From the NCBI GenBank assembly GCA_002104945.1, contig MCFH01000011.1, positions 930,001 through 994,000 on the forward strand: DNA of 64,000 nucleotides, in the 5' to 3' direction. Each line of letters starts with the position of its first letter. The stretch's first letter is position 1. Source of the stretch: Piromyces finnis finn. Its lineage: Eukaryota > Fungi > Neocallimastigomycota. Below the pieces are notes generated by a model, which was not told where the DNA came from, made no database searches, and was given only the letters and a program-made list of their open reading frames with translations. A program made the translations under genes and the position numbers. Shown here in pieces: positions 27,401 through 39,924 of the stretch.

Positions 27401-29477
27401 ATTTTCTTTGTTATTATTATTATTGTTAATGTCGATATAATTATGGTCGGCATTATAATTTATTTTATTTAAATTATTTGAAATATTATTGTTATTAATG
27501 TTTGATGATATGTCAATTTCTATGTCCTGTTGAAGACTTTCGTTATAGTCCCCTTCCATTCCATTGATTAATAAATCATAATCGATGAAATTGATATTTT
27601 TGACATTATCATCAAAGTTAAAATTACCTGATTGGTCTTCAAGAAATTCTACAACTCTTTTGATGACAATTTTAAATGAATTTAAGTCGAAAATTCTAAA
27701 TTCAGTAGAGTTATCATTATAGCCAATAAAGATACCAGGTAGAGATGTACTTTCAAATTTGTGCTTTTCTATGTTATGTTTAAGATGTAAAACTTTATGG
27801 CCTAGTCTTCTATGCAAGGATGTAATTTTTCGTCATTATTTAACTTCCTAATAGAATAATAATACATTGGATTTTGTATATGGTAGTTAAATAATTTAGT
27901 TTTTGATATATAAGCATTAAATACATTATGTTCATCTTCTCTTGATACATATATGTTATTTTTGTTTTTATCTTGAATAAATGTTGTAGCAGCGTTATTT
28001 ATATTTTTAAAATTTACGTTAAGGCCTTCTTTAACAAAATTTGAAATAGATATCAAATTTCTTTTAATATCTGGAACATATAGAACATTATTTAAAGAAG
28101 GGGGGTTCCTAATTTAAATTTAGTGTTATATCCTTGTAGTTATTTCTTTGTCTTGTAACTACATCTGCATATTTCTTTTTATATTTTATATTTTGTTTAT
28201 TTTTATAATTTTTATTATTTGAATTATATTCTTTTGTTAATTTTTTCTTTAAATATGCAGTTTCTTTCAATGTGACCTCTTTTATTACAAAAACGACATA
28301 TTATATCGTTTTTATTTTTATTATTTTTATTTTTATAATTTAAATATTTATTATTTCTATGATTATAATTATCATAATTTCCATAGCCACTTTCACTGCC
28401 AAAAACTTGATTGAAACCAAGCCTATTACTTCGTTCTCTTTCTTCTGACCTTTGAAAGGACTGAATTCTATTTGATACATATTCTCTACATAAAGTCCAG
28501 TTATCTTCATAATTAAATATATTTATCCATTGGTATTGTTTAGGCATAGTTCTGTATAACACGGCGGCCTTTTCTTCTTCATCTATATGGACTCCAATGG
28601 ATTCTAGTGTTTCAAATTTTAAATTTAAGTTGTTTACGAAACTGGCTATACTATCTTGTGGGCTGTATTTCATCCTGTTTACTTCTTTAATAAGGACATT
28701 TTTCTTACTAGCCTGGTTTCCTATATATATACTTTCTAGTGTTTTCCATATTTGATAACCAGTGAGTGTTCTACTTTGAACATCTTCAACTTATTTTGGT
28801 GTTAATGTATTTCCAATAAGCATTCTTACTTTTATCAATAGCAAGTGTTTTATTTTTTACATTTTTATTATAGTACATATTGGGCTCATAAGGAACTTCT
28901 TTATAATTTTCCTTTTCACTCTGATATATTTTTTATATATATCTTTGGAGTTTTATTTTCATCAATATATTTTTCCAAGTCGCAGCATCTTAAAATATCT
29001 CTAACTTTAATTTGCCAAGCTTGAAAGCTTTCATTATTAAGTTCTATTTGGAATTTTCCTATAAAACTAGAAGAGTCCATATTTGAACTTAATACATTTT
29101 TTATTTTTATTATTAAACATTTTCTTGAGACTATTGAGACTCTTAATCTTTTATGATTAAATATTATATCTTATATAATGCCAACACTTTTATAAATATA
29201 TATATATATATATAATAAGTTTATTTATTATTTATTATTAATATTTATTATTAATATTTTTATTATTATTCAATACAAGTTATTTAATAATGTCTTTTCT
29301 TATATTATGAAAAGAACAACATTTTAATGATAGTAAAAAATATATTTATATAATATTAAATAAAATTATACTTTTCATATAATTACTATAATTAATACAT
29401 AAAAATAAATAATATATTATTATATAATTAATTAATAATAAATAAAATATATAAAATTATTTTATTATTTTTTAACA
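24408..29477 (-). mobile_element. Decayed Ty1/Copia LTR retrotransposon
   Basis: Short homologous LTR segments ~24408-24537 and ~29336-29477; PPT-like GGGAG before the 3' LTR; gag from ATG 29080 with CRFCNKRGHIERNC; HRRLGH; RT (KVRLVARGF, QLDIKAAYL, MDDILI); RNase H (FVDADYGSD, DVFTK). Many stops and frameshifts. Confidence 0.85.
25204..25808 (+). mobile_element. Solo LTR, family D, inserted in Copia pol
   Basis: tgtaaagatatc...ggctttata with TSD GTATA; homologous to 59707-60312. Confidence 0.9.
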
Positions 29478-29588
29478 ATAATAATTCCACTATAAATTAT
29501 TTTAAAATAGAATTATTAATTATAATTTTTTAAAATCTTTTTCCTATATGATTTTTTAATTATAAGTATCAAAAAATATTTATTAATA

Positions 29589-29670
29589 CGTCAGCTGCAG
29601 GATTTGAACCTGCGCGGGCAGAGCCCATCAGATTTCAAGTCTGACTCCTTAACCACTCGGACAAACTGAC
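29589..29670 (-). tRNA. tRNA-Ser(TGA)
   Basis: Reverse complement GTCAGTTTGTCCGAGTGGTTAAGGAGTCAGACTTGAAATCTGATGGGCTCTGCCCGCGCAGGTTCAAATCCTGCAGCTGACG: anticodon TGA, long variable arm. Confidence 0.95.
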
Positions 29671-29736
29671 TTTATTAATTTTTTTTGTGTAAGAAATATT
29701 AATTATTCATAATTGAATAATTATTATTTCTTATTA

Positions 29737-30770
29737 TGTCACGAATACTAGTGAAATTACAATTTCAAGATCACTTGGAATTGTGAAATCACTTATGAAA
29801 ATTCAAAATCAACAAATATTTTATTTTCAAATAAATTATAAAATTTTATTAAGAAATATTTAAAAATTTAGAAAAGGTTAAAATATGACCTTAACCCTTA
29901 ATAATTTTTATAATAAATAACTTTAACCCTTATCGTTAAAATGGAATAAGAAAAAACACGCGTATCTCCTCAACGAATGACGATTTTTGAATAAAAATAT
30001 TTTGGTTATAATTACGTTCGTTAGAAAGCCACGCTCGAGACAAACAACATATCTTAAAATCATGTCAATATCTCTGCTGGTTCACGAGATATTCCAATTT
30101 AAAGATATTTTGTTAGCAATGATTAATTGTTTATTCAGAGAATGATCACCCCTGATATATCAAACATAAATCATTCACTCAAAGTATAAAAAATTATTGT
30201 TTAATTAAATTAAAATTATTTTCCGGAACTAATTAACTTTATTTTATAATAATTATTTCAATAACATAATTTATAATCTTTGAACTAGAGGATTATAATT
30301 ATTAATATTATATTCAATGAATTATATTATAATTAAGAAATAATTAATATTATGAATATTATAAACAATAGTTATTTTTTAATAATTAGGAATAAGTCTT
30401 AAGTTTAGTTTAAGTATTATAAAATATATTATGAATATAATCATGTATTGAAAAGTTATTTTATTATTAAATGTAAAATTACAAATAGTATAAATAGTTT
30501 AGAATAGTTTTATGAATTAAATCTTTGTAAAGATTATTATCTTATTAATACTTAATAAGTATTACTATTAAATAATCTTATTATTATATATATTCTTTAA
30601 ATAAAATAAAAAGGAATTATTTTAACTATAATACATAATATAATTATTCATTTATAAATCAATTAAGATTATTTTAATAAAACATTTTTTTTTCTAACCT
30701 AGTTATCTTTTAACCTTTTATTTAATTTAATATTTTAATATTAAATTATAAGTTTAGTAAAACTTTTACA
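29737..30770. mobile_element. Solo LTR, family C
   Basis: tgtcacgaatactag...aacttttaca with TSD TATTA. Confidence 0.9.
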
Positions 30771-31116
30771 TATTATTTAATACAAATTTATTTAAATTAT
30801 TATTTTCTATACATTCAACTATTACTAATAATTTATTAAATTATTTAATATTTCATTCATTTAGTTAATACTTATGATTTACTTAAAATATTAATTTTAT
30901 ATACACTTATATAAAATATAAAATTTATTTACTTGCTATATTCTTATATATTTAATTAACTTTATAAATTTATTTAATTATTAATTTTTATGTACATTTA
31001 ATTAATATAAATAATTTATTTACTTATTATTTATCTTATACATTTAATTTTGACTAACTATATTCATTACACTTATTGTTTTAAATTATGTATTAATTAT
31101 ATTTTATGTATTGTAT

Positions 31117-31400
31117 TAAGCACGGATAAAATAGGAATCGGAATTTTAAGGTTTTCCCGATTTCGCTTTAAAGAAGCATTCGGTTTTACTTAAAATTACA
31201 CGAAGATCAATATGACTAGAATATTGATCGAAAATCATGTTTAGGTTTTTCTTCTAGTCTTTTCCTAAACATTTTATTTGTTAAGATTAGAACCCGTTTA
31301 TTTAACCTTATTTTTTAATAAAATTATAAATAAAACACTCTTGAAATTCCTTAGAAATTCAAGAGTTATTATTATAAAGGAATACGTTATAATAAATAAC
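31117..31400 (+). repeat. Non-coding retroelement leader-like segment, homologous to the reverse complement of ~59440-59706
   Basis: Shared taaggtttt(c/t)ccga...ttttcttctagtcttttcctaaa...gttaagattagaa and the hairpin actct(t/g)gaa...a(a/g)agt. Confidence 0.65.
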
Positions 31401-32104
31401 ATAAATACATTTTTCTTTTTAATTAAATAAAATATCCTTCTAATAAATCAGTAATTTAACTAAAAAAACTTACGACCCATTTGACTCTTTGTGTTTGGTT
31501 GTTTATTATAAATCTTTATAATAAACTCGATAAGTTTTATTTTTACTTTCTATTTTCTATTCTAATTTGTTCAATACTTCTTATTTCCGCATAATAATAC
31601 TACAATATTATTCGTTAATATTATTGTAGATAGTAATTTCTGTAAACAATAATAAGAAATTACTACATTTTGTTAAGGAACCAACAAATAATGTTATTCT
31701 TGTCATAATTAATGATTATGACCTAATCCATTATTGTTCCTAAATGTATGAAAACTTTACAATATTCTTATTTGTAAATTAATGTATACACTTAAATTAT
31801 ATTTAAAATTATTAATAATTATTTTTATTGAACTTAAAAATTAATTTAGTAATAATAATATATTGAAAATTATAGTTTATTGAACTTTTAGTTTAATTTA
31901 TCAAGTTAATGAATTTTTATTAATTAAAATTATGAATAATATTTCTGTAAAATAGTAAAATTCTTTAGTTAAATATATTTAAAGTAAACTTTTAATGTAT
32001 GTTAATCAATTTAATAATATGTATAAATATTTATTATAATAGTAATGTAATTTTATTATTCATTTAAAAGTAATTTAAAGACTAAAATTAATGTAAATAA
32101 TTAA

Positions 32105-32892
32105 TGTAAAAGTATAAAATTTAAAACAGATTTCATACTTAAAACAAAACAATTTTTATTAACACAAAAATAAAAAAATAAAACATTAAATTTTTATTTT
32201 AAGAAAACATTTTATTTAAACTCTTAAAAATATTATTAGCTATATAATAGTTAATAATTAAAAAATTGAAAATAACAATTACATCGATTTAACAAATAAA
32301 AATTACATGTATTTATATTTTTTCATAATTATATTCTAATATATTATTCTATTTAAATAAACATATATTTAATATAAAATAAACAAAACTAATTTAATTA
32401 AATAATAAAATAACAGAACTAAACTAAACTAATTCATTATACTTTTAATTCAATTTGAGTAAACTCAAAATTGAATAAAGCCCATGTATTTTCTATAAAT
32501 TAATTTAATATTATCAATACTATTCTTAATATATTTCCTATTGAAATATAAATAAATCTATTTTTAAAACTAAGTTAAAATTATTAAACTATTCTAAATT
32601 TAAATAAAAAAGTATAATCTATTCTAAAATTAAATAAAAAGTATTTGAAAAATATTTTAATTATTTAAAATATTTGAAATATTTAAATTTAATTAAAATT
32701 CTTTTATTCCTTAAACTTAAATATTTATCTTAATTTAAATTTAACGGAATTATTATAAAATAATTTATTATTAAATTATTCCATAAAATTTACTCAAAAA
32801 TTTTATAATCAGTTTTACTAAATATTAATTTATTATTTAATAATTAATAATTAATTATTAAATAATCTAAAGATATATATTATATCTTTACA
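32105..32892 (-). repeat. 3' LTR of the non-autonomous F element
   Basis: tgtaaaagtata...tatctttaca, matches 37429-38216. Confidence 0.95.
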
Positions 32893-35195
32893 ATCTCGCC
32901 CTTTAAGTCGAGCTCCTGCGAGATTATTTTCTTGAAGAAATTTAAATAACAAATGGTTACTACTTTTTCTAAATCATAACATTGTTAAAAAAATATATAA
33001 GTATTTAATTTATTTATACTCTTATTATCATTCTTGTTACTTATACATAATTCTAATAATTTATCTAAAACTTAATCATCAAGAATCCATTTGTTTTTAT
33101 ATTCAGATTATGGTTATTTATAAATTGTTTTCTATTAACATTTTTATTTAAGTATTCAAAACAAAACATTTACTTTAAGTTTCAAATTTTTATTTATTCA
33201 ATTCTTCTTGATCATCATGACTTTTATAATCTTCTTATGCATGATTAAAATTCTATTTTACAATTTTAATACTTTTTATTAATACTTATAGTAATCTGTT
33301 CAACTTTCTTTGGTTTATTAGCTGAAGAAATTTCAATATTAAATTTTAAATTAAATCCATAGTTTGTATAAAATTGAAATTGATTGATTGATTACAATAA
33401 AATATTATAAGTAGATTCCAATATAACAATCAATTCGATTTTATTAACCAACGGAGATATTGGAACAATATCTCGTTCACCCTCTCATTTAAATGAAAAG
33501 TCTGTGATAAAATTTATATAAAATATATCAAACAGGCAATTCTAAAATTATAAAGAAAATAGCATTTAAAGAGTATTAAATGTTTTTTATTATTGTACAA
33601 ACTTTAAACCAAGTGGAACTTTTTTTTTTTTTTTTTTTAAAGGTTATTATTAAGCAAATAAATATAACAAAATTCTTAGTAATAAAATATTTGTAAAAAA
33701 ATTAACATTCATTAATAATAATGGAAAAACATCATTCAATAATTATATTAACTATACCACTATTTTTTTTTAATCTTATTATTAAATAAACAAAAGTGGT
33801 ATCAAGTCATCAAGTAAATACTATAATTTAATTAACAAATTTATCATTTTTAGACATTTTTAAAATACTTTTAGCATATTTATAATTCTCTTTTATTTTA
33901 TAATTTATCAATATATGGTATTATAAAATTATTTCTTTTTTTTAAAAATTTAACAATGAATTCATAAATTTAAATATCATCAATAAAACATCACAGAATT
34001 GATATAAACATATACATAATGTTGTACTAAATATTATTAATTATAAAGTAATTAAAATACTTCATCAAAAGCATCACTTAAAATATTAAAATAGAGCTGA
34101 TACATTTTTGAATAAAAGGTATGATAATAAATTAAAAATGCCATATAAAGATTAAAGCAATTTTAAATTCATCACCTTATTTAATTATTACTAAGCTATT
34201 GATATATTTAAATTTAGTTTAAAAACATATTTTACTCCATTTATCTTATTTATTGATTAAAGGAATATATGAATTTCAATAATTATATCATTTAATTTCC
34301 TACAATCAATATATAGTAATTTTAGTTATCAATCTCATTATACTTCCATTAAAAAGAATTGTATAAAGATTAAAATCTTTTTTTTTTTTTTTTTTTCCTT
34401 TATAAAGTTCGTTTTATTAAGTACATAAAAACTATTCATTTATTAAAAACTCTTATAATTATTATACATATTACATTAATTTATATTTGTTTTATTCATT
34501 ATATTTATTACATTTATCATATTTATTAACTTATTCTATTTATTAATTTATTCTATTTATTACATTTTATTATATTTTTTTTTTCATTTGTTGTATTTAT
34601 TAATTCTATTTTTTTTTTAATTATTATTAATACTAACTATTATATTATCAAATTGTTACTATTACTAAAACTATTCCTCATTAATTTCTATTATAGCTAT
34701 TTCTAATTCTACAATACTAAATGAAATTAAGAACAGATCCAGAATAGATTAATTTTCTAGCTCTGATTTCACTACCATCATATTATTAAGAATAAAAAAA
34801 TATTACACTCATTTCTTATTATATATTTATTTAACTTTATAATTATTCAATCAAAGCTACTATATTAATTTATTCAAGTTATTTGAATCTTTTAAATATA
34901 AAACTTACTTCTTAATAAAAATATAAACTTATTAACTAGATATACAATAACTTCTTTATAATAAATTCAAATCAAATTAAATTTGTGAATTTATTCTACA
35001 ATTATAAGAAATTCTTTATTTAATTAATTTATTTTAATTTATTAATTATAAAAAACATAATTGATTTAACAACTAAATTTGTAAAACCTCCTCATATTGA
35101 ATTCAAATTATTTTAATTATTAATCTTAATCATTTGTTTAATGAATTATTTAATAAACTATTACATTCAAATTATCTTAATTTACGAAATATAAA

Positions 35196-35234
<39 letters not shown>

Positions 35235-35364
35235 AATGTATAACTTTTTAAATAACTAAATTTGTATTGACTTTTGTTGATAAATTCAAATCAAATTAAA
35301 AATGCTTTAAATTTATATTCTAATTATTAAGAATTTTCTATTTAGTCAAATATTCAGTTATATA

Positions 35365-36905
35365 AAATACACATTTATATAAAAGAAGTCAACTCCATCC
35401 TATCAACTGGTGTCAGCGAATTCTTTATAAAGTATAAAACATGTTATTACAATGAAATTAAATTATTTTTTTTTTAAGCTCGTTTTCGTATTACTTCATA
35501 ATATTTTAATATATTATTTAATAAACTTCTTAATTGTATTTATCTAATTTAATTAATAATATATAATCCTTGAATATATTTTATTTAGTTAGTTAGTTAA
35601 TCGAATTTATATTGTATCTTCATATTAAAGAAGTCGACCTGACTCTATCCTTTAAAGAAAAGGTGTCGTCGAGTTCTTTATTTAGTATGAAGTTAAATTA
35701 TTTTAAAAGTGATTTTAAATATCAAATCATTTTCTAACTTCATTAAATAAAATTATATATTTCAAATTTTCAAGTTAAATTAATTTATAGTATTTTCAAT
35801 TTAATTTATTATATACTATTTCCCAAAAAGATGTCGATCTGACTCTGTCCTCTAAAAAGGTGTCATCGAAATCTTATTATAATAAAGAATAATTTATTTA
35901 TTTAACTAACTTTACACATTTATTACTTTTACTTTTATTGTAAAATTTTAATTCATTTCTTAATTTTAATTTATTATATACTATATCTAAAAGATGTCGC
36001 TCAGACTCTATCCTATCAAAAGGTGTCGAGCGAGGTCTTTTAAGTATATAATAAATTCATTTCAAATTTACTTATTATATAATCAAATTTTAATTTGTTT
36101 TAATTATATATTCAATTTAATTTATTATATACAATATCTAAAGATGTCGCTCAGACTCTATCCTATCAAAAGGTGTCGAGCGAGGTCTTTTATAGTATAT
36201 AATAAATTTATTTCAATAAGATAACTTATTCCTCAACTACTTTTAATTAATAAATATCAAAATTTTAATTTTCATATTTCTCAATGTATTTTAAATAAAT
36301 CTAAAATTATTATATACTACGTCTAAAAGATGTCGCTCAGACTCTATCCTATCAAAAGGTGTCGAGCGAGGTCTTTTATAATATATAATAAATATATTTC
36401 AATAAAATAACTTTTTCCAATAAGTGATATTTACATTTTAATTCACTTATTTCTCAATTTCATTTTAATTAATAAATATCAAAATTTTAATTTTCATACA
36501 ATATATTTTAAATAATTCTATAATTATTATATACCATGTTTAAAAGATGTCGCTCAGACTCTATCCTATCAAACGGTGTCGAGCGAGGTCTTTTAAGTAT
36601 ATAATAAGTTCATTTCAAAATAACAATTAATAATTCATTCAAATAAGTGAAATCAACATACTAATTCACTTATTTCTCAATATATTTAAATAATTTTAAA
36701 ATTTTATTAACTTTTTCTTAATTTTCTTTCTTTTTAAATAAGTTTTAATTTTCTTACTTTGCAATTAATTTTTTGATTTAATTTACTCTTTTAATTGTAT
36801 ATATCCAATTTAATTTATAATATACTATGTATAAAAGATGTCGCTCAGACTCTATCCTATCAAACGGTGTCGAGCGAGTTCTTTTTATAGTATATTATAA
36901 TTAAA
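35365..36905. repeat. Array of 8 imperfect-palindrome (hairpin) units separated by AT-rich spacers
   Basis: Cores at 35381, 35627, 35828, 35989, 36140, 36325, 36542, 36833; consensus AAAAGATGTCGCTCAGACTCTATCCTATCAAAAGGTGTCGAGCGAGGTCTTTT, flanked by inverted AATTTATTATATACT/AGTATATAATAAATT. Confidence 0.9.
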
Positions 36906-37004
36906 TTTAATTTTAAAAGAGTTTCATCAATTTAAAAACAAGAGTATTTCATAAATATATTTCTATTAGTATTACAGATAGATTTTATATATAAAGATTT
37001 CATT

Positions 37005-37280
37005 GTTCCATACAGTAGAGTTACACTTATTCCAATTCCAATATAAAAAGGAAAGTTTCACAGAGTAGAAGTTCCACAAGCAAAGTTCCACGAGATTCGT
37101 TCAAAAGAATTCCACGAAGGAAGGATTTCACAAGGTAGTGTTCCACAAGTAGGTAAAAATTCCACAATTATAGTTCCACAAAGTAGTGTTTCACAAAATT
37201 TATTTAGAATTTCACAAAGTAGGGTAACACAAAATTAATGTTACACTGACAGAAGTTACACCATAAATAGTTCCACAAGG
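37005..37280. repeat. About 14 copies of a TT(C/T)CACA-like motif, mostly ~15 nt apart
   Basis: Motif starts at 37056, 37072, 37086, 37110, 37126, 37141, 37160, 37174, 37189, 37210, 37225, 37241, 37256, 37271. Confidence 0.8.
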
Positions 37281-37417
37281 TAGGCTACTCAAGTAGACAA
37301 AAAAAAAATTTCCGAAAAGTTCCAAATTTTCTACGGTAGCAATTCCCAATGTTGTAACTTCAGAAAATAAAAATTGTTTTATTATTAAATATAAAACGTG
37401 TTTTTTAATAAGAAAAG

Positions 37418-37641
37418 GTAATTGTTATTGTAAAAGTATAAAATTTAAAACAGATTTCATACTTAAAACAAAACAATTTTTATTAACACAAAAATAAAAA
37501 AATAAAACATTAAATTTTTATTTTAAGAAAACATTTTATTTAAACTCTTAAAAATATTATTAGCTATATAATAGTTAATAATTAAAAAATTGAAAATAAC
37601 AATTACATCGATTTAACAAATAAAAATTACATGTATTTATA
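37418..37641 (-). promoter_or_regulatory. TATA box, predicted TSS/self-primer and PBS of the F element
   Basis: On the minus strand: TATAAATA (37641-37634), then GTAATTGTTAT (37606-37596), which is perfectly complementary to ATAACAATTAC (37428-37418) directly after the LTR. Confidence 0.75.
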
Positions 37642-38216
37642 TTTTTTCATAATTATATTCTAATATATTATTCTATTTAAATAAACATATATTTAATATA
37701 AAATAAACAAAACTAATTTAATTAAATAATAAAATAACAGAACTAAACTAAACTAATTCATTATACTTTTAATTCAATTTGAGTAAACTCAAAATTGAAT
37801 AAAGCCCATGTATTTTCTATAAATTAATTTAATATTATCAATACTATTCTTAATATATTTCCTATTGAAATATAAATAAATCTATTTTTAAAACTAAGTT
37901 AAAATTATTAAACTATTCTAAATTTAAATAAAAAAGTATAATCTATTCTAAAATTAAATAAAAAGTATTTGAAAAATATTTTAATTATTTAAAATATTTG
38001 AAATATTTAAATTTAATTAAAATTCTTTTATTCCTTAAACTTAAATATTTATCTTAATTTAAATTTAACGGAATTATTATAAAATAATTTATTATTAAAT
38101 TATTCCATAAAATTTACTCAAAAATTTTATAATCAGTTTTACTAAATATTAATTTATTATTTAATAATTAATAATTAATTATTAAATAATCTAAAGATAT
38201 ATATTATATCTTTACA
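37429..38216 (-). repeat. 5' LTR of the non-autonomous F element
   Basis: Copy of 32105-32892; followed on the minus strand by the PBS. Confidence 0.95.
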
Positions 38217-39883
38217 ATTAAAGACTAATTCTTTTAATTAACACTACTTAATTTTTTTTACAAAAAGTATAAAAAGGTGTATATTATAAGAATTAGAGAA
38301 TATACAGATATTTTTATTTTTATTTTTATTTTATTTTATAATTTTATATTAATATCTTAATAAAACAATTTTATCAATAAAACAATTTTTCTTATTTCAT
38401 TTTAATATTATTTTTGAGTATTAATAAATTTATTAATATTTTATAAATAAAAGTAAATTCCTCGAACCGTAACATTTTGATAAATAATGAAATTAATAAA
38501 TATAAAATTATTATTAAACCTGATTTTTAAGTTAACCCTAAAAGTAACTTAAAACAAGTTATAGTTTAAGTACTTTACCAAAATTCTTAAATAAAATTAA
38601 TCCTAAACACTGCATATATTTTGATTATTGAAAGAAAATAATAAACTTTAATTAATCGAGATCAAAATATATAACTTTTGTTAAATTAATTGTTAAATTA
38701 AATATTTAATAACTTCGTTAGTAAATTACACTTTAAAAGTAAACAAATATAATAATTCATGTTATAAAATAATATAATTAAACACCTTTATTAAAACATT
38801 AAAAATAATTATTACTTTAATTAATTGTAAAATAAACAACTTTTTATATTCTTTAACTTTTAATTATTTCTTTTATTGTTATTTCTAATTACTTTTATTA
38901 TTTTTATTGTAAATAGTTATTAATTTTATTGTTTTAATGTAAATAGTTTAAATTTAAAAGAAAATATAAATACATGTAAATATTCTTATTTTAATCATTA
39001 TTATTATTATTAATAAAGAAATATTATATAGTTAGATTAATATTTTATAATTTTAATAATCACTTTTATACTTAAATAAATAAAAATTTTAAATATTTAA
39101 ATATTAGAAAAACAAGTGTTTCTAATAAAACCATTTAGTGTTTTAACAAAACAATTTTATTAATTTTTATAAAAACGATTTTAAATCTTAATCAATATAA
39201 CTTATATAGTTATAACAAAAGATATAATATAATAATCACTTTTTGAAGTAAAATTCAAAATTAAGATTATTATCAAATTATATCAATGGTCCTTCGAACC
39301 GGAGAATCAAAATAAGGTAAATATATAAAATTTTCTTTATATAAAAATTTCATATAGAATAGTAAAATATTCTATGAAATTAATTAAATAATCAAGTTAT
39401 AATAGTATAGAATAGATAGTTAACAGAATAGTTAAATATTCTCAATATTTTATCTATTTAGAAATTATAACTTATTAAATAATAAAATAATATTAAAATA
39501 ATAAATCAATATTCAATATTGAAATATTATTTAAATATTATTAAATCAATATTAAAATAAAATAAATAAATTATAATACTTAATAGTATAGTATTAATAT
39601 AGTAAATTGATATATAAACATTATATATTAGATAAAATATATAGATATTTTAAATAAGAAAAGAATTAAAAAAAAAAAAAAATAGTATAGAAAAATTATT
39701 AGATAAATAGATTGATAATATTATAAATAAGATAGTTGAAAGAATTAATTATAATAATAAAATAGGTATATATACATTAGATATATATACATAAAAATAA
39801 ATATATAATAAAAATAAATCAAAATAATAATAAATAAAGATTTAAGTATATATATATAAAAAATATATATACACCAAACAAAC

Positions 39884-39924
<41 letters not shown>

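Larger units (their letters stand above)
32105..38216 (-). mobile_element. Young non-autonomous LTR retroelement, family F, carrying hairpin and motif arrays
   Basis: Two 788-bp LTRs (32105-32892, 37429-38216) with no difference found by eye; TSD ATTAA; PPT at 32893-32905; self-complementary PBS at 37418-37428; only eroded integrase/chromodomain remnants (32893-33490); no long ORF. Confidence 0.9.

Noticed and set aside
35994-36224. ORF with repeated peptide MSLRLYPIKRCRARSF
   Set aside because: By-product of two hairpin units falling in frame; copy 3 has an immediate stop and copy 2 lacks the ATG, so structure rather than peptide is conserved.
35381-36900. Known ribozyme (hammerhead or hairpin) in the repeat
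   Set aside because: No CUGANGA/GAAA core on either strand. AGAAGUC, GUC and GUAUAUUA resemble hairpin-ribozyme motifs, but loop B AGAAACA is missing, helix 2 is out of register, and the motifs are not conserved across copies.
35365-36905. CRISPR array
   Set aside because: Eukaryotic context, no cas genes, spacers are 100-240 nt, AT-rich and partly homologous to each other, and the repeats are longer than CRISPR repeats.
37005-37280. Bacterial oriC (DnaA boxes) or pentapeptide-repeat ORF
   Set aside because: The motif lacks the TTATCCACA consensus and sits in a fungal retroelement leader; the repeat changes reading frame and no ATG-initiated ORF exists.
38459-38473. tRNA remnant next to element B (CTCGAACC)
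   Set aside because: Too short, no cloverleaf; it looks more like a degenerate copy of the B-family PBS.
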